Part shown: in pieces, positions 52,498 to 61,809 of the stretch
Layout of the letters: each line of letters starts with the position of its first letter
How positions within the stretch are numbered: the stretch's first letter is position 1
Source: a virus
Taxonomy: Duplodnaviria > Caudoviricetes
IMG/VR virus record: IMGVR_UViG_3300049141_000098
Span: 160,001-224,000 of that record
Strand: one strand, 5' to 3'
Length of the DNA stretch: 64,000 nucleotides
Notes under the pieces: model-generated
What the model was told of the DNA's origin: nothing
Databases searched by the model: none
Seen by the model: the letters and a program-made list of their open reading frames with translations, nothing else
Translations under genes and position numbers: made by a program

Positions 52498-53460
52498 GGA
52501 TATGCCAGCCCTACGCGCGCGCGTGCGCTCTCCTGTCTCCCGCTCGGCCTGTCCCGAATGTCTGATACGCGACACATTGTGTGGAGTCCCGGACGCCATA
52601 GCCATACGGGGTAGGGGTATGTAAGAGATCTTGAGAGGGAGAGGTTCGAGCAGTGAGGTGGGTGGGGATGCTCGAAGGTTTGGCCAGTTCAGGGCGCAGG
52701 GTGCTGGCCAGACAGGGGACGTGACGAGACGAGACGTCTCGGAAGTGGTGACCAGGTGCACGCACGTGCGCGCGACGCACGATGCGGGCAGGCATGCGCG
52801 CGTGCCAGGCGCAGGCAGGCACGCGCGCGCGTTGCGGGCACGTTCGCGCTCGACGTTTCTCGATATCGCAGCGTGCCAGCAATGGCGACATGCGGCGCGC
52901 CTTTGTCGAGCGCCCAATGGGAGGCATGACGAGAATGGTGCGCAGCAATGCAAGAGGCCAGGCAGGGCAGGCAATGTGAGGCAGAGGGAAGTGAGCGGAA
53001 ATGCTGGAATGTCAAAGCCTCTTTCGCTGCTTTATCTCGCATTCTGTTTTGTGTAAGTCGCTGCTACACATCACACCTAGTCTGACCAGCAATGACAGGA
53101 GAGGCAGGCAGGGAAGCAGGAGGGAAAAGAACTGGAAAGGAAAGGAGTCTCGCCAATGCTCACGACTATCGCCCTATGTCAACAAAGCAGGAAAGGCAGG
53201 GCAGAAGAATGCAAGAGACAAGGCAGAGGACAAGGCAAAAGATATGCAGGGAAAAGGAAGGGGAAAGGTCTGGCTATCTCGGCAGCAATCAAAGGGATAT
53301 GAACAACTCTCTATGTCACGCCAATGCACAAGCCCTATGCGTACGAATGCATGCATGAACAGGAGAGGAATGGAAGGCAAGCGAGTGCGAGGGAAGCAGC
53401 GGAGAAAATCAGCAGACAACTCGAAAGGAATTCGAATTGAAAGATGCACTATGCAGAAAA
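52150..53460. other. Non-coding block with alternating purine-pyrimidine tracts and purine-skewed segment; possible terminus/packaging/origin region
   Basis: ACGCGCGCGCGTGCGC at about 52513, GC/GT tracts 52757-52850, A/G-rich plus strand 53090-53460. Confidence 0.5.
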
Positions 53461-53719
53461 CCAATTCTCTATAGCTATTTGGAAATGGGGCCCGGGTTAG
53501 GACTGCATGTCCGTCTACGCGTGGGCCCCGTGGGCAGTGTCCACAGCACCTCTCGATGCAGGAAATCATCCAGGAAGCGACAGACGGTGAATCCGAGTGC
53601 CAGAAAAATCCGCCGTCTGCTGCACACGTGGGCGCCCGGTGGGCTTACTTTAGTTTCATGCGAGACCGGCCCGTCAAACTACAAGATCCTTTTAGTTTGT
53701 TCTGCGTTATCGTAGGGAG

Positions 53720-54223
53720 ATGGAAACGAAGCAGGCCTACTGGCGTTCCCGGCAACCTACCCTTCCGCATCTTGGAACCGCGTGGGACGTAGGTGAAGAG
53801 TTTGGGATAAGCGGAAGGCTGATCGAAGAGTGGTGTGTCAGGTATGACAATCCAGCGTCACGACCCTCCGTCCCTGCTCAAGGAATTTTCCCTCCTCCGG
53901 TCATGCAGCTAGGAGGTCGGGACGTCTGGCTGATCGACCAGGTTCGAGAGTGGCACACATGGATGCTCGACAATGATCCGGACTTCGCCGCCTATCGAAA
54001 GCGTCGGGCTCCGCACCTTCTGTCGGCCTGGGGTGAGACAAAGTCGTATGCCGAGTGGCTGCTGGATGACCGATGCCCTCTCGTATACGTCTCGACCCTG
54101 ACGGGGAGGCTGGGTCGCGGATGGCCGCCAGAGCGCGCCGTCTCAACCCCGGTTCAACCCCAAGGCAGGTCTTCCGCTCAGAAGCCCTACACGGAGGGAG
54201 AATCCTTCGCCCGAGGCCGATAG
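53720..54223 (+). CDS. AlpA/excisionase-like HTH protein fused to a phage DNA-binding repeat
   Basis: FPPP...GGRDVW....VREW; LSAWGETKS.AEW...RL.RGW..E.A..TP. Confidence 0.7.
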   Translation: METKQAYWRSRQPTLPHLGTAWDVGEEFGISGRLIEEWCVRYDNPASRPSVPAQGIFPPPVMQLGGRDVWLIDQVREWHTWMLDNDPDFAAYRKRRAPHLLSAWGETKSYAEWLLDDRCPLVYVSTLTGRLGRGWPPERAVSTPVQPQGRSSAQKPYTEGESFARGR

Positions 54224-54318
54224 CCTATGGGGGCACGGTCGAGGTTCTTGAAACGGGTCCCTCCTGTGCGTGCCCCGCCTTTCGTGGATGGCGACCCGAA
54301 AGGCGGGGCCGACAACCT

Positions 54319-54690
54319 TTAACTGGGACGCCATCCGGCACGTCGGCACTCCGGGCATACCGTCGCGCTCTTATAGGCCCGCACTTCTGCACAGTCCCCC
54401 ACCCCGTCCTGCATGCAGGCGAACATGCGCTGCATCGGGCCATAGGGTCCGTGCTCGTGTGCGTCATGGTCCGGCAGGGGAACGTTCGCCCACCCGGCAG
54501 CCATGGCGGCCTCCCACGCCTTGTCCCCATCGGGGAAGGTGGAGGCCCGTTCCGCCACGGTCGTGTAGACCCACGAGTCCCCCGAGCCCGCGAGGTAGTG
54601 GCCGCAGTCCGCCGAGCAGTAGACCCTCCAGTAGGAGATGCGCTCGTACCCCTTGCTCCGGTACGTCGACTCGCGCTGCTCTACGTCCAT
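54319..54690 (-). CDS. Hypothetical Cys/His-rich protein
   Basis: CSADC, CPEC; ATG 54690. Confidence 0.65.
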   Translation of the reverse strand: MDVEQRESTYRSKGYERISYWRVYCSADCGHYLAGSGDSWVYTTVAERASTFPDGDKAWEAAMAAGWANVPLPDHDAHEHGPYGPMQRMFACMQDGVGDCAEVRAYKSATVCPECRRAGWRPS

Positions 54691-54851
54691 GGCTTCACCC
54701 TTCACCCTTGGCTCGTAACCCTCGTCGCGTATTCTCGTCCTGCTGGCATCCGGGTGAAAGACCCGGCGCTCACGCCTTGCGCTGTTTGAAAGGTGGCCCG
54801 TCCTGGGGAGGTCGGAGGACCCCTGTGCCAGCACTCTCTACCCGCAATCCC

Positions 54852-55052
54852 GTGCGTCTCGTATGGTCGGACCCATGCCGAAGAAGGGATGGCGCACTGA
54901 AGCGAGCGGTCCGGCACCGCATGACATCCACGGACGAGACCTACACGGTGGCCCGTCAGGCGATCCTCGACGAACGGAATCGGCAGGGCGAGGGGTCGGA
55001 CGCCGAATCCCCGCCTGTGTCCGCACCTTTCCCCCGAGGAGTCACCTCATGA
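54852..55052 (+). CDS. Small hypothetical protein
   Basis: LKRAVRHRM..TDETYTVAR resembles the common actinomycete K.A.R.RM..TGE.Y..AR motif. Confidence 0.55.
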   Translation: MRLVWSDPCRRRDGALKRAVRHRMTSTDETYTVARQAILDERNRQGEGSDAESPPVSAPFPRGVTS

Positions 55053-55252
55053 AGACCGGAGTCGGCATCCAGTTCGTCGGTGGCCCAGCCAACGGAAGGC
55101 TCACGTTCATACCCGAGGATCCGATGGATCCTCCGCTCACCTACGAACTGCTCCTGGCGAGTGGGTCGAAGGCCGTCTACGAGCGGCAGGCGAACCCGGG
55201 CGACGACGGGCCCCTCTGGCTGTACGGCTACTCGGGGAGGCTGGTCGAATGA
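55049..55252 (+). CDS. Small hypothetical protein
   Basis: FVGGPANG motif; coupled. Confidence 0.7.
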   Translation: MKTGVGIQFVGGPANGRLTFIPEDPMDPPLTYELLLASGSKAVYERQANPGDDGPLWLYGYSGRLVE

Positions 55253-55525
55253 TCTACTCCCGGCGAGAGTGGCTGAAGGCCGAGTGGGAGTATCTGTTGT
55301 GGAAGGTCGGCTGGAAGGACTACTGCCTCCAGTGCGACGAGATCTTCTCTTGGCCCAGGAGGAAGAGGCACAGGGACTGCCGGTGTGCGGGCCTTTGGAT
55401 GCTGTGAAAACCACCCGGTTCAATCCAGCTCCGAAATCCAGTCGGCAGAAAAATTCGCGGAACATTCTCTACGTGGGCCACTTTGGGACGATTTGCGCTG
55501 CGCGGCATTTTATAGTCTTGTCGAC

Positions 55526-55780
55526 ATGACCACCTTCAAGTACGGCGCTCCGTTTTCCGGCAGCTCCATGCTGGACCTGCCGGAAGGCGACATCCCCAAC
55601 GTGGCCCTGACGTTCACTGTCGTCACGGAATTGGCCAACTCCCTGCCGACCGGAACCAATGAGATCACTCCGCTCATGCTGGCCGAAGCGCTGAACGATC
55701 TCCTCGTGGAGAACGGCTGGCCGCCCGCTCAGTTCTGGGGCACGCCCGCCGATGTGCATCTGAACGACCTCACCCCCTGA
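55526..55780 (+). CDS. Hypothetical protein
   Basis: ATG 55526. Confidence 0.65.
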   Translation: MTTFKYGAPFSGSSMLDLPEGDIPNVALTFTVVTELANSLPTGTNEITPLMLAEALNDLLVENGWPPAQFWGTPADVHLNDLTP

Positions 55781-55817
55781 CAGGGCTCCACCCTCACGAA
55801 GCCCTGTCAGCCAAGCA

Positions 55818-55846
55818 CCCCTCTTCGGTCGGCTCCGAAGAGGGGT
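55818..55846. terminator. Hairpin between convergent genes
   Basis: ACCCCTCTTCGG/CCGAAGAGGGGT. Confidence 0.65.
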
Positions 55847-55856
55847 GTCGCAGTAC

Positions 55857-56273
55857 TCAGAGCCAGCCCTCGTCCTCGCTCTCGGCGACGGGACGCCGCA
55901 TTCGCCGCTCGACAACATTCGGCCGGTCCGCCATCAAGTCGAAGATGTCGTGCGACTTCATCTCCGGTGGGAAGGCCGTGTTGACGTCCAGACTGCCGTC
56001 GTCCACGAGGCGCAGGGCCCGGACGTCGGAGCGCTCGTGAGCGTTCAATCCATCCCGCACGACGAGCAAAACCATCTCGCGAGCATCGCAGAAGGCGTTG
56101 TCGCAGTACAGCTCTAGGCGCCCCGGATCCTGCGACCGGTCGGAGGCCGACCTTTTGAGCGTCTTGTCACCACAGAACATGCACTGCACAGAGTTGGACT
56201 CGTGCTCATGGGTGGCGTTGGGCTGATGACGTCGAAGCCACGGTTCGCCACCCGATCCCCATTCGTTTGACAT
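55857..56273 (-). CDS. Hypothetical Zn-binding protein
   Basis: CMFC..YCDNAFCDAREM. Confidence 0.7.
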   Translation of the reverse strand: MSNEWGSGGEPWLRRHQPNATHEHESNSVQCMFCGDKTLKRSASDRSQDPGRLELYCDNAFCDAREMVLLVVRDGLNAHERSDVRALRLVDDGSLDVNTAFPPEMKSHDIFDLMADRPNVVERRMRRPVAESEDEGWL

Positions 56274-56345
56274 GGGCGGCAGCGTAGCGGGGTCGAGGCC
56301 ACGGATGCCGGGCCGCTGCGGCAACAGCCCGGATATCCTCGAACG

Positions 56346-56564
56346 GTGGCCGACATCAGGAACTCCTCCGAACCGGATCAGGTAGAGCTGACCCTCACCC
56401 TCGAAGAGCTGCGGGTCATGGTTCACCGCCTGGCGCCGAGGGGTTCGTTCCTCCGCAAGAGGGCGGAGGCGTTCCTCCCCGAGGGGCACCGCAAGATGGC
56501 GGACGATCTGTCGGAGAAGCTGCGCCGGTTCCACGACCGAGGAATGAATCGGTCCGACGGCTGA
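56346..56564 (+). CDS. Hypothetical protein
   Basis: ORF track. Confidence 0.65.
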   Translation: MADIRNSSEPDQVELTLTLEELRVMVHRLAPRGSFLRKRAEAFLPEGHRKMADDLSEKLRRFHDRGMNRSDG

Positions 56565-56607
56565 TCTACCGGACGGCTCTACCACTGGCACGAATCCTCC
56601 TCAAGGT

Positions 56608-56617
56608 GGCCTAGGTC
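56608..56617. promoter_or_regulatory. Palindrome C11 GGCCTAGGTC
   Basis: Intergenic; TAGGCT 4 nt downstream on plus strand. Confidence 0.75.
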
Positions 56618-56650
56618 GCTGTAGGCTGGAGGTAGCGGAAAGGGGAAGCT

Positions 56651-57103
56651 ATGACCGACTCGAACCAGGAAACAGCCCGCCACCTACTGCATCGATACGG
56701 GGTGCCCGAAGACATCATCGACGGAGCACTCTGCCTGCATGCGCAGGAACTTGTGGCTATCCAACGGAAGGCGCACGACACCATGCGGCCGTACTCGCAT
56801 GGCGGCCCGTCCTGCAAGCCTGGGTACCCCTGCGGGGCGCGCAAGGTGATCGACCTGATCGACCCGACCCGGCAGATGCCCGCCGGGTCGCAGCACGACA
56901 ACCAGGATCACGAGCCCGTGTGGGTGACCGCGCTCGATGGGGACGACGAGCCAGCCAGGGACGCCGAGGGCCGCACCTGGGCGCACTGCGGCATCTGCGG
57001 TACGCGGCGAGACGCCGAGCCGAAGCGTTGTGTTGGTTGCGGTGAACCACAGAACAACGGAGTGCTGCACGGTCACGGTGGGGGATACGGTGGGTGCGCC
57101 TGA
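56651..57103 (+). CDS. Hypothetical protein
   Basis: LCLHA.EL...R pattern; Cys motifs. Confidence 0.75.
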   Translation: MTDSNQETARHLLHRYGVPEDIIDGALCLHAQELVAIQRKAHDTMRPYSHGGPSCKPGYPCGARKVIDLIDPTRQMPAGSQHDNQDHEPVWVTALDGDDEPARDAEGRTWAHCGICGTRRDAEPKRCVGCGEPQNNGVLHGHGGGYGGCA

Positions 57104-57108
57104 CCCCC

Positions 57109-57136
57109 TGGGCCCCCGCAGGTGACTGCGGGGGCC
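57109..57136. terminator. Hairpin between convergent genes
   Basis: GGCCCCCGCAG/CTGCGGGGGCC followed by TTCTTCT. Confidence 0.65.
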
Positions 57137-57151
57137 TTCTTCTCGTCGAGG

Positions 57152-57358
57152 TCAGTCGGTAGCAACCTCGATCTTCTGAATCTCCAGCTCCAGAACGGTT
57201 TCCTCCTCCTCGCCCGGGTCTGCCGCGTACACCTCCAGTCCGCTCCACTCGCTGTCGACCCACTCCTCCAGGGAGTCGAGAGTCTCGGGGGTGGCGCCGT
57301 CGGTCTGCTTCACCTTGAAGACGACGGTCAGGGTGCCGGTGAGCTTCTTCTTCGTCAT
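57152..57358 (-). CDS. Small acidic hypothetical protein
   Basis: ATG 57358 after GAGGAA. Confidence 0.65.
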   Translation of the reverse strand: MTKKKLTGTLTVVFKVKQTDGATPETLDSLEEWVDSEWSGLEVYAADPGEEEETVLELEIQKIEVATD

Positions 57359-57592
57359 GTCGGGTTCCTCAACTCGCAGCGTGCAAGGAGGGGTTGGCCA
57401 ACCCGGTGGCATCCACACTAGGGCAGCAAAGCCCCTGGTCAAAGGGCATGCCGGATGACTTGATTCCCGCTGGGGACGCGATTTCATGAAGACGCAGGGC
57501 CATTCGGGCGCAGAATGATGTGAGGGCAGCACAGAAGATGGCAATGGATGTGTCTGGAAGGCTCGCGAGAGCCAGAACTTCCGCCCGCAGTT

Positions 57593-57607
57593 GATATGTA
57601 ACATATC
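57593..57607. promoter_or_regulatory. AT-rich inverted repeat GATATGT-A-ACATATC
   Basis: Perfect 7-bp arms between divergent genes. Confidence 0.5.
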
Positions 57608-57634
57608 GATAACACCTCTCGAAGGGGTCCGCCT

Positions 57635-57853
57635 GTGTCCGCGCCCGTCTCGCAGATGACCGTCGATCAGGTCATGCATGCACTCGACAACTCGACGCCC
57701 TACCCGGTGGAACTCGACAAGGCCGTGCTCCGCTTCATGGCCGAGCGCCTGCTGGAGATGACCGACATGCACAAGCGCCTCGATCACGAGGTGTGGCAGC
57801 CGGAGGATAAACCGGCCGACGGTCCCGAGCCGGAGCCGATGCCTCTCTGGTGA
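57635..57853 (+). CDS. Hypothetical protein
   Basis: ORF track. Confidence 0.7.
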   Translation: MSAPVSQMTVDQVMHALDNSTPYPVELDKAVLRFMAERLLEMTDMHKRLDHEVWQPEDKPADGPEPEPMPLW

Positions 57854-57861
57854 AGACGACC

Positions 57862-57871
57862 GGCCTAGGCC
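57862..57871. promoter_or_regulatory. Palindrome C12 GGCCTAGGCC
   Basis: Intergenic; TAGACT 5 nt downstream on plus strand. Confidence 0.75.
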
Positions 57872-57907
57872 GTTGCTAGACTGGGCGGCCTAAGCAATGG
57901 GGGTTTC

Positions 57908-59071
57908 ATGACCGACGCATCACACAACAGTCCGGCGTTCGAAGACGCCTTGCAGAACCTTGGACACGCTCTTCTCGCGACAGATCCACGTCGGTCCCTG
58001 GTGTGCGTGCTGGAGACTTTTCGTGCTGAGCACCGTGAAGAGGTGCTCGCTGAGTCCGCCTCGCTTGCCGACCGAACGGCGTCGCCTGGCGCCTTCGTGC
58101 TGTGGCTCGACGCCTCGGACGGCTCGGTACCCACGCATGATGGCATTCAGTGGCCCGACGGATCCGCAACCATCCATCATCGCCACTTCGGGATCACCAC
58201 TACCCATCACAGCCCTGACGCTGCCTGCCAGGCCGCGCACGGCAAGCAAGGTCGGATTGTCTGGCCCGACCCCGCGCCCACCGACCGGGCTCTCACTCGC
58301 GCTGAAGCTTTGCGCGACGCCGCCTCCTATCTGGGGGCCAGGGCCTCAACGCTGGAGTTAATTTCCGGTTCCGACGACGACAACGAAGGGTACGCCGCCC
58401 GCAGACTGCGCACTGAAGCCGCCCAGTTGCGCCGCATGGCCGACGAGGCATCAGCCGCCGAGGATGATGGCGAGGGGGATGAACTCGTCTGCGTCGACAT
58501 GTGCGGCAGTTGCAACGCCTGCGGCATGGAACCCTTCGGCACCCCCGCCGAGGGCTGGCGGGAGGCTGTCCGTTTCTTGCGTCGCAACGCCCGCGAGTCC
58601 GGCGACCGGACGGGCGCCCTGCACGGGGCCCGTCTCATCGAGGCCGAGCTGCGCCGCGTAGCCGATGAGACGCGGCGCACCCAGCCCGATGGACTCCGCT
58701 GCGTCTGCGGCGACCCCACCGCCTCTGACACCGTTCACCGAGCTGACGCACCTTGCTACCAGATCGAGCCGACACAACGGATGCTGAACGAGGCGGAGCG
58801 CAGGATGCTGGCCTTCGCTCTCGATGAGGCTCAGGAGAAGATCTGGTCGCAGGACGGGTTCACCAACGAACATCAGAACGCCGTTGACTCGTTGCGCACC
58901 CTGCTCACTGAGGCTGCGCCGGTTCGGTCCATGAGTGTCGACGACGACCCTCGACTGGCTCGCGCCCGGGAAGTGCACCGGGAAACCTGCCTGCTGGCAC
59001 GAGGCGAGGTCAAGCCAACGGCCTTCACGTGTGGCATGTGTGAGGCACTCGACGAGCCTGCTGGCCTTTGA
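57908..59071 (+). CDS. Mosaic hypothetical protein, 387 aa, with TTA codon
   Basis: Several short phage modules; in-frame TTA 58358-58360. Confidence 0.75.
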   Translation: MTDASHNSPAFEDALQNLGHALLATDPRRSLVCVLETFRAEHREEVLAESASLADRTASPGAFVLWLDASDGSVPTHDGIQWPDGSATIHHRHFGITTTHHSPDAACQAAHGKQGRIVWPDPAPTDRALTRAEALRDAASYLGARASTLELISGSDDDNEGYAARRLRTEAAQLRRMADEASAAEDDGEGDELVCVDMCGSCNACGMEPFGTPAEGWREAVRFLRRNARESGDRTGALHGARLIEAELRRVADETRRTQPDGLRCVCGDPTASDTVHRADAPCYQIEPTQRMLNEAERRMLAFALDEAQEKIWSQDGFTNEHQNAVDSLRTLLTEAAPVRSMSVDDDPRLARAREVHRETCLLARGEVKPTAFTCGMCEALDEPAGL

Positions 59072-59232
59072 TTCGAAGACGCCAGGGCGCGGCGCCGTCT
59101 TCGATTGCCAGGCAAGATGTGCTTGATGGAGCCTATTCGCTTACTTACCTGAGAGTCAGAACTCCTCACCTCAAGGTCATAGTCGTGGCCACGGCTCCCT
59201 CAAGTGGACTGCGCGCGTGCATACTTCGCGCC

Positions 59233-59751
59233 ATGGGACGTGTTAAACAGAACCGAGGCCGCCGTGACAAGCAGCCGAGCCCCCTCCACTGGACTCCGCT
59301 TCAGCAGTCGTGTGGATGTGTCGTCGAATGGGGATGGGACACGGAAGCATTCCCTCCCCCGGTGTTCATCGAGTGGTGCCTGGCCGTACTCGACGCACCC
59401 TGCATGTGGCACGGGGCAGAGACGGGAGTTCAGGTGCCTAGGGATGCTGAGATGATCCAGCTTCGTACACCACGAGGTCTCCTGCGTACCCGGCAGGCCA
59501 AGGGCGATCGGCTTCCCTTGGGGGCCGAGCTGACCCGGCAGGCGAAGGAGCTGACCGAGAAGCTGAAGCAGGACGACATCTCCGGCATCCTCGTCGACAT
59601 CCCCGCCAAGTATCAGCGCGTCATGCGGGCCAAGGGCTACGACCCGGCAGAGACGTGGCTGGAGATGAGGATGGCGGACATCTTTCTCAATCACGGTCGG
59701 GTTACCCTCACCGCCGAGATGATCGAGAGGCTGCCCGAACCCAAGGGGTAG
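59233..59751 (+). CDS. Hypothetical protein
   Basis: ATG 59233; SCGC..W..PC.WH. Confidence 0.7.
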   Translation: MGRVKQNRGRRDKQPSPLHWTPLQQSCGCVVEWGWDTEAFPPPVFIEWCLAVLDAPCMWHGAETGVQVPRDAEMIQLRTPRGLLRTRQAKGDRLPLGAELTRQAKELTEKLKQDDISGILVDIPAKYQRVMRAKGYDPAETWLEMRMADIFLNHGRVTLTAEMIERLPEPKG

Positions 59752-59800
59752 ACCATGCTGTCCGCGCCCAGGCTGTCGGGTCGAGAGGGATACTCAGCTC

Positions 59801-60610
59801 ATGACCTTGATGACCCTCCTTCACAGACTGCTCTACCCGCAGGCCTGCAATGACAGCGTTCGAAACCTGGATGGCTCGTTGCTTCGGTGCTCGCTGCGCA
59901 AGAGGCATGTCCAGGAGCGGCATCTGGCACGGAACGGTTGCACGTGGCGGCGACGCCCCGATGGCGGCATCGTGACAGTGATTCACCCGGGGGACGTCGA
60001 GGACTGGCATGACAGTAAGCAGGCGGCCGAGATCAAGAGGTTGCGTGGCGACCTCCGGTGGATGAAGGATCACGCGAGCGACGAGCAGCTTCTGGCCTGG
60101 GCGGATGATGCGGGCAAGCACATCGCTGAGATGGAGGACACAGACCCGGACTGGATCCGAAGGTACGCGGACCAGTTGACGAGCCTCACCTTCCGGTTGG
60201 ACCAGGCTCTGAACGATCAGGACTGGGACATCAAGATCAGCGGCATGGGCCGGGAGGTCCGCGTTATCGGAACCATCCCGAGGGAACGGGTTCCAGGTCT
60301 CCTGCACAGGTTGGCCGTCTCGTATGGCGAAGACTCCGGGACGACCCTGGAGAAGTCCCTCCGCTGGGAGGTCGACCGGTTTCGACTGGAGCGCAACGAG
60401 GCCCGCGACCGTCTGGAACGGATCGCCCAAGCGCACACCAAGAGCCTCGGCGCAGGAGGCATGACCGACGGCACATGCATCGAGTGCGGTGAGGCGGATC
60501 CGTGCCCGACGCGCATCTGGGCCACGACGGAAGGGCGGAATCCCGCCCTAAACGCCTGGGCTCCAGCCGATGATCCGGAGCCCGATGGGGCGCCTGGGAC
60601 CTCGTCGTAG
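59801..60610 (+). CDS. Mosaic hypothetical protein
   Basis: C-terminal C.EC...PCPT motif. Confidence 0.75.
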   Translation: MTLMTLLHRLLYPQACNDSVRNLDGSLLRCSLRKRHVQERHLARNGCTWRRRPDGGIVTVIHPGDVEDWHDSKQAAEIKRLRGDLRWMKDHASDEQLLAWADDAGKHIAEMEDTDPDWIRRYADQLTSLTFRLDQALNDQDWDIKISGMGREVRVIGTIPRERVPGLLHRLAVSYGEDSGTTLEKSLRWEVDRFRLERNEARDRLERIAQAHTKSLGAGGMTDGTCIECGEADPCPTRIWATTEGRNPALNAWAPADDPEPDGAPGTSS

Positions 60611-60652
60611 GATCAGAAACCGCAGTACACCGGAAAGGCAGAAGGAACAAAA

Positions 60653-61249
60653 ATGCAGATCGGGCAACAGTGGGCTGACGAGAATCGCCCCAGCAAAGAC
60701 CTTGACTACCTGCGGCTGGTAGCAGTCACGTCCGTCATCGAGTCAGAAAACCTGGCCAATGGACCGAAGGCGGCACTCGGCCAGCGCTTCGACTACGACA
60801 CAACCCTGCGGTACGCCATGCGCCGAATTGAGGAGACCTCGCAGGAGACCAAGCTGGAGAACCCTCCGGCCGCCAAGCTGCTTGGCCTCCTCATTCAGTC
60901 CTGGGCCGAGGGTTTCATCTTCGGATCACTCATCTACCGGCAGGAGCATCGCGGCCTTCGGCCGGAACCCTTCCTGGATCGGATCGCCCTGGCGAACGCC
61001 AGGAACACCCTCGCCTCCCTCGACGGCGAGGGTCTCTCTCGCCTGTACAACGAAGCCATTTCCAAAGATGCTCTTGGTTACGTCAGTAGCGTCAGGTCCA
61101 TGAAGGCCCTCCAGATCCTCGACACCATGGCCCCAGTAGCCGACCATCGGGCGATCAAGTCCCTCCTGGGCAGTCACTGGATGGACGGCTTGCTGCTCGG
61201 GCTGATCTTCGAGGAGATGGGCGGTCACGTAGAAGGACCGAAGGCCTGA
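60653..61249 (+). CDS. Hypothetical protein with internal duplication
   Basis: Two W.EG/DG..G.I/L.. helical halves. Confidence 0.75.
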   Translation: MQIGQQWADENRPSKDLDYLRLVAVTSVIESENLANGPKAALGQRFDYDTTLRYAMRRIEETSQETKLENPPAAKLLGLLIQSWAEGFIFGSLIYRQEHRGLRPEPFLDRIALANARNTLASLDGEGLSRLYNEAISKDALGYVSSVRSMKALQILDTMAPVADHRAIKSLLGSHWMDGLLLGLIFEEMGGHVEGPKA

Positions 61250-61250
61250 C

Positions 61251-61523
61251 ATGGCATTTCTGGGACGCTGGCCCGACGAGTTCGTGCCGGAAGAGCACGG
61301 CTGGGTGCGCAGCGAATCAATGCCCGAGGCCAAGATCTGGCTGCGCTGGGAGATCCCCTATCGGTTCCCCGCCACCATCTCGGAGTGCCTGCACGATGAG
61401 GCGACGGGAGCCGTCGGTGGATGGTACGAGGGGCCGGTCAAGGGCGCGTTCCCGGAGGAGGTCCGGACGGGCGATGTGTGGGCCGAGATGCTGCGAACGG
61501 ATCTCGGCCCAGTGAGGGTGTAA
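61251..61523 (+). CDS. Hypothetical protein
   Basis: ORF track. Confidence 0.75.
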   Translation: MAFLGRWPDEFVPEEHGWVRSESMPEAKIWLRWEIPYRFPATISECLHDEATGAVGGWYEGPVKGAFPEEVRTGDVWAEMLRTDLGPVRV

Positions 61524-61524
61524 G

Positions 61525-61809
61525 TCACGTCCACCATCGGCGTATGTCGGCCCCACGGAAGCGGGCGTACGCCATCATCTCCTCCATCCGCCTCACGTCC
61601 TCGTGCGTGCGACAGGGCCACGCCCTCTGAAGGAACCAGACCTCCCAGGTGTCGAGTTGGCATCCGTGCAGATGCTCCCTCCTGGTCGCGATGCGACACT
61701 CGCGCGGGTTGTAGCCGGAGTCCCGCATGAAGAGCTGCGCCACGCGGACGGTTGGAGCGATGATCACCCGGCGTGCGGGCAATGCCGTCGGATTTTTCGC
61801 AAGCGTCAT
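61525..61809 (-). CDS. Hypothetical protein
   Basis: ATG 61809 coupled to multi-HTH gene. Confidence 0.7.
   Translation of the reverse strand: MTLAKNPTALPARRVIIAPTVRVAQLFMRDSGYNPRECRIATRREHLHGCQLDTWEVWFLQRAWPCRTHEDVRRMEEMMAYARFRGADIRRWWT

Noticed and set aside
51082-53715. ORF-track calls inside the non-coding switch region
   Set aside because: Low-complexity Arg/Ala/Cys translations, no SD, overlapping repeats and structured RNA, codon usage unlike real genes
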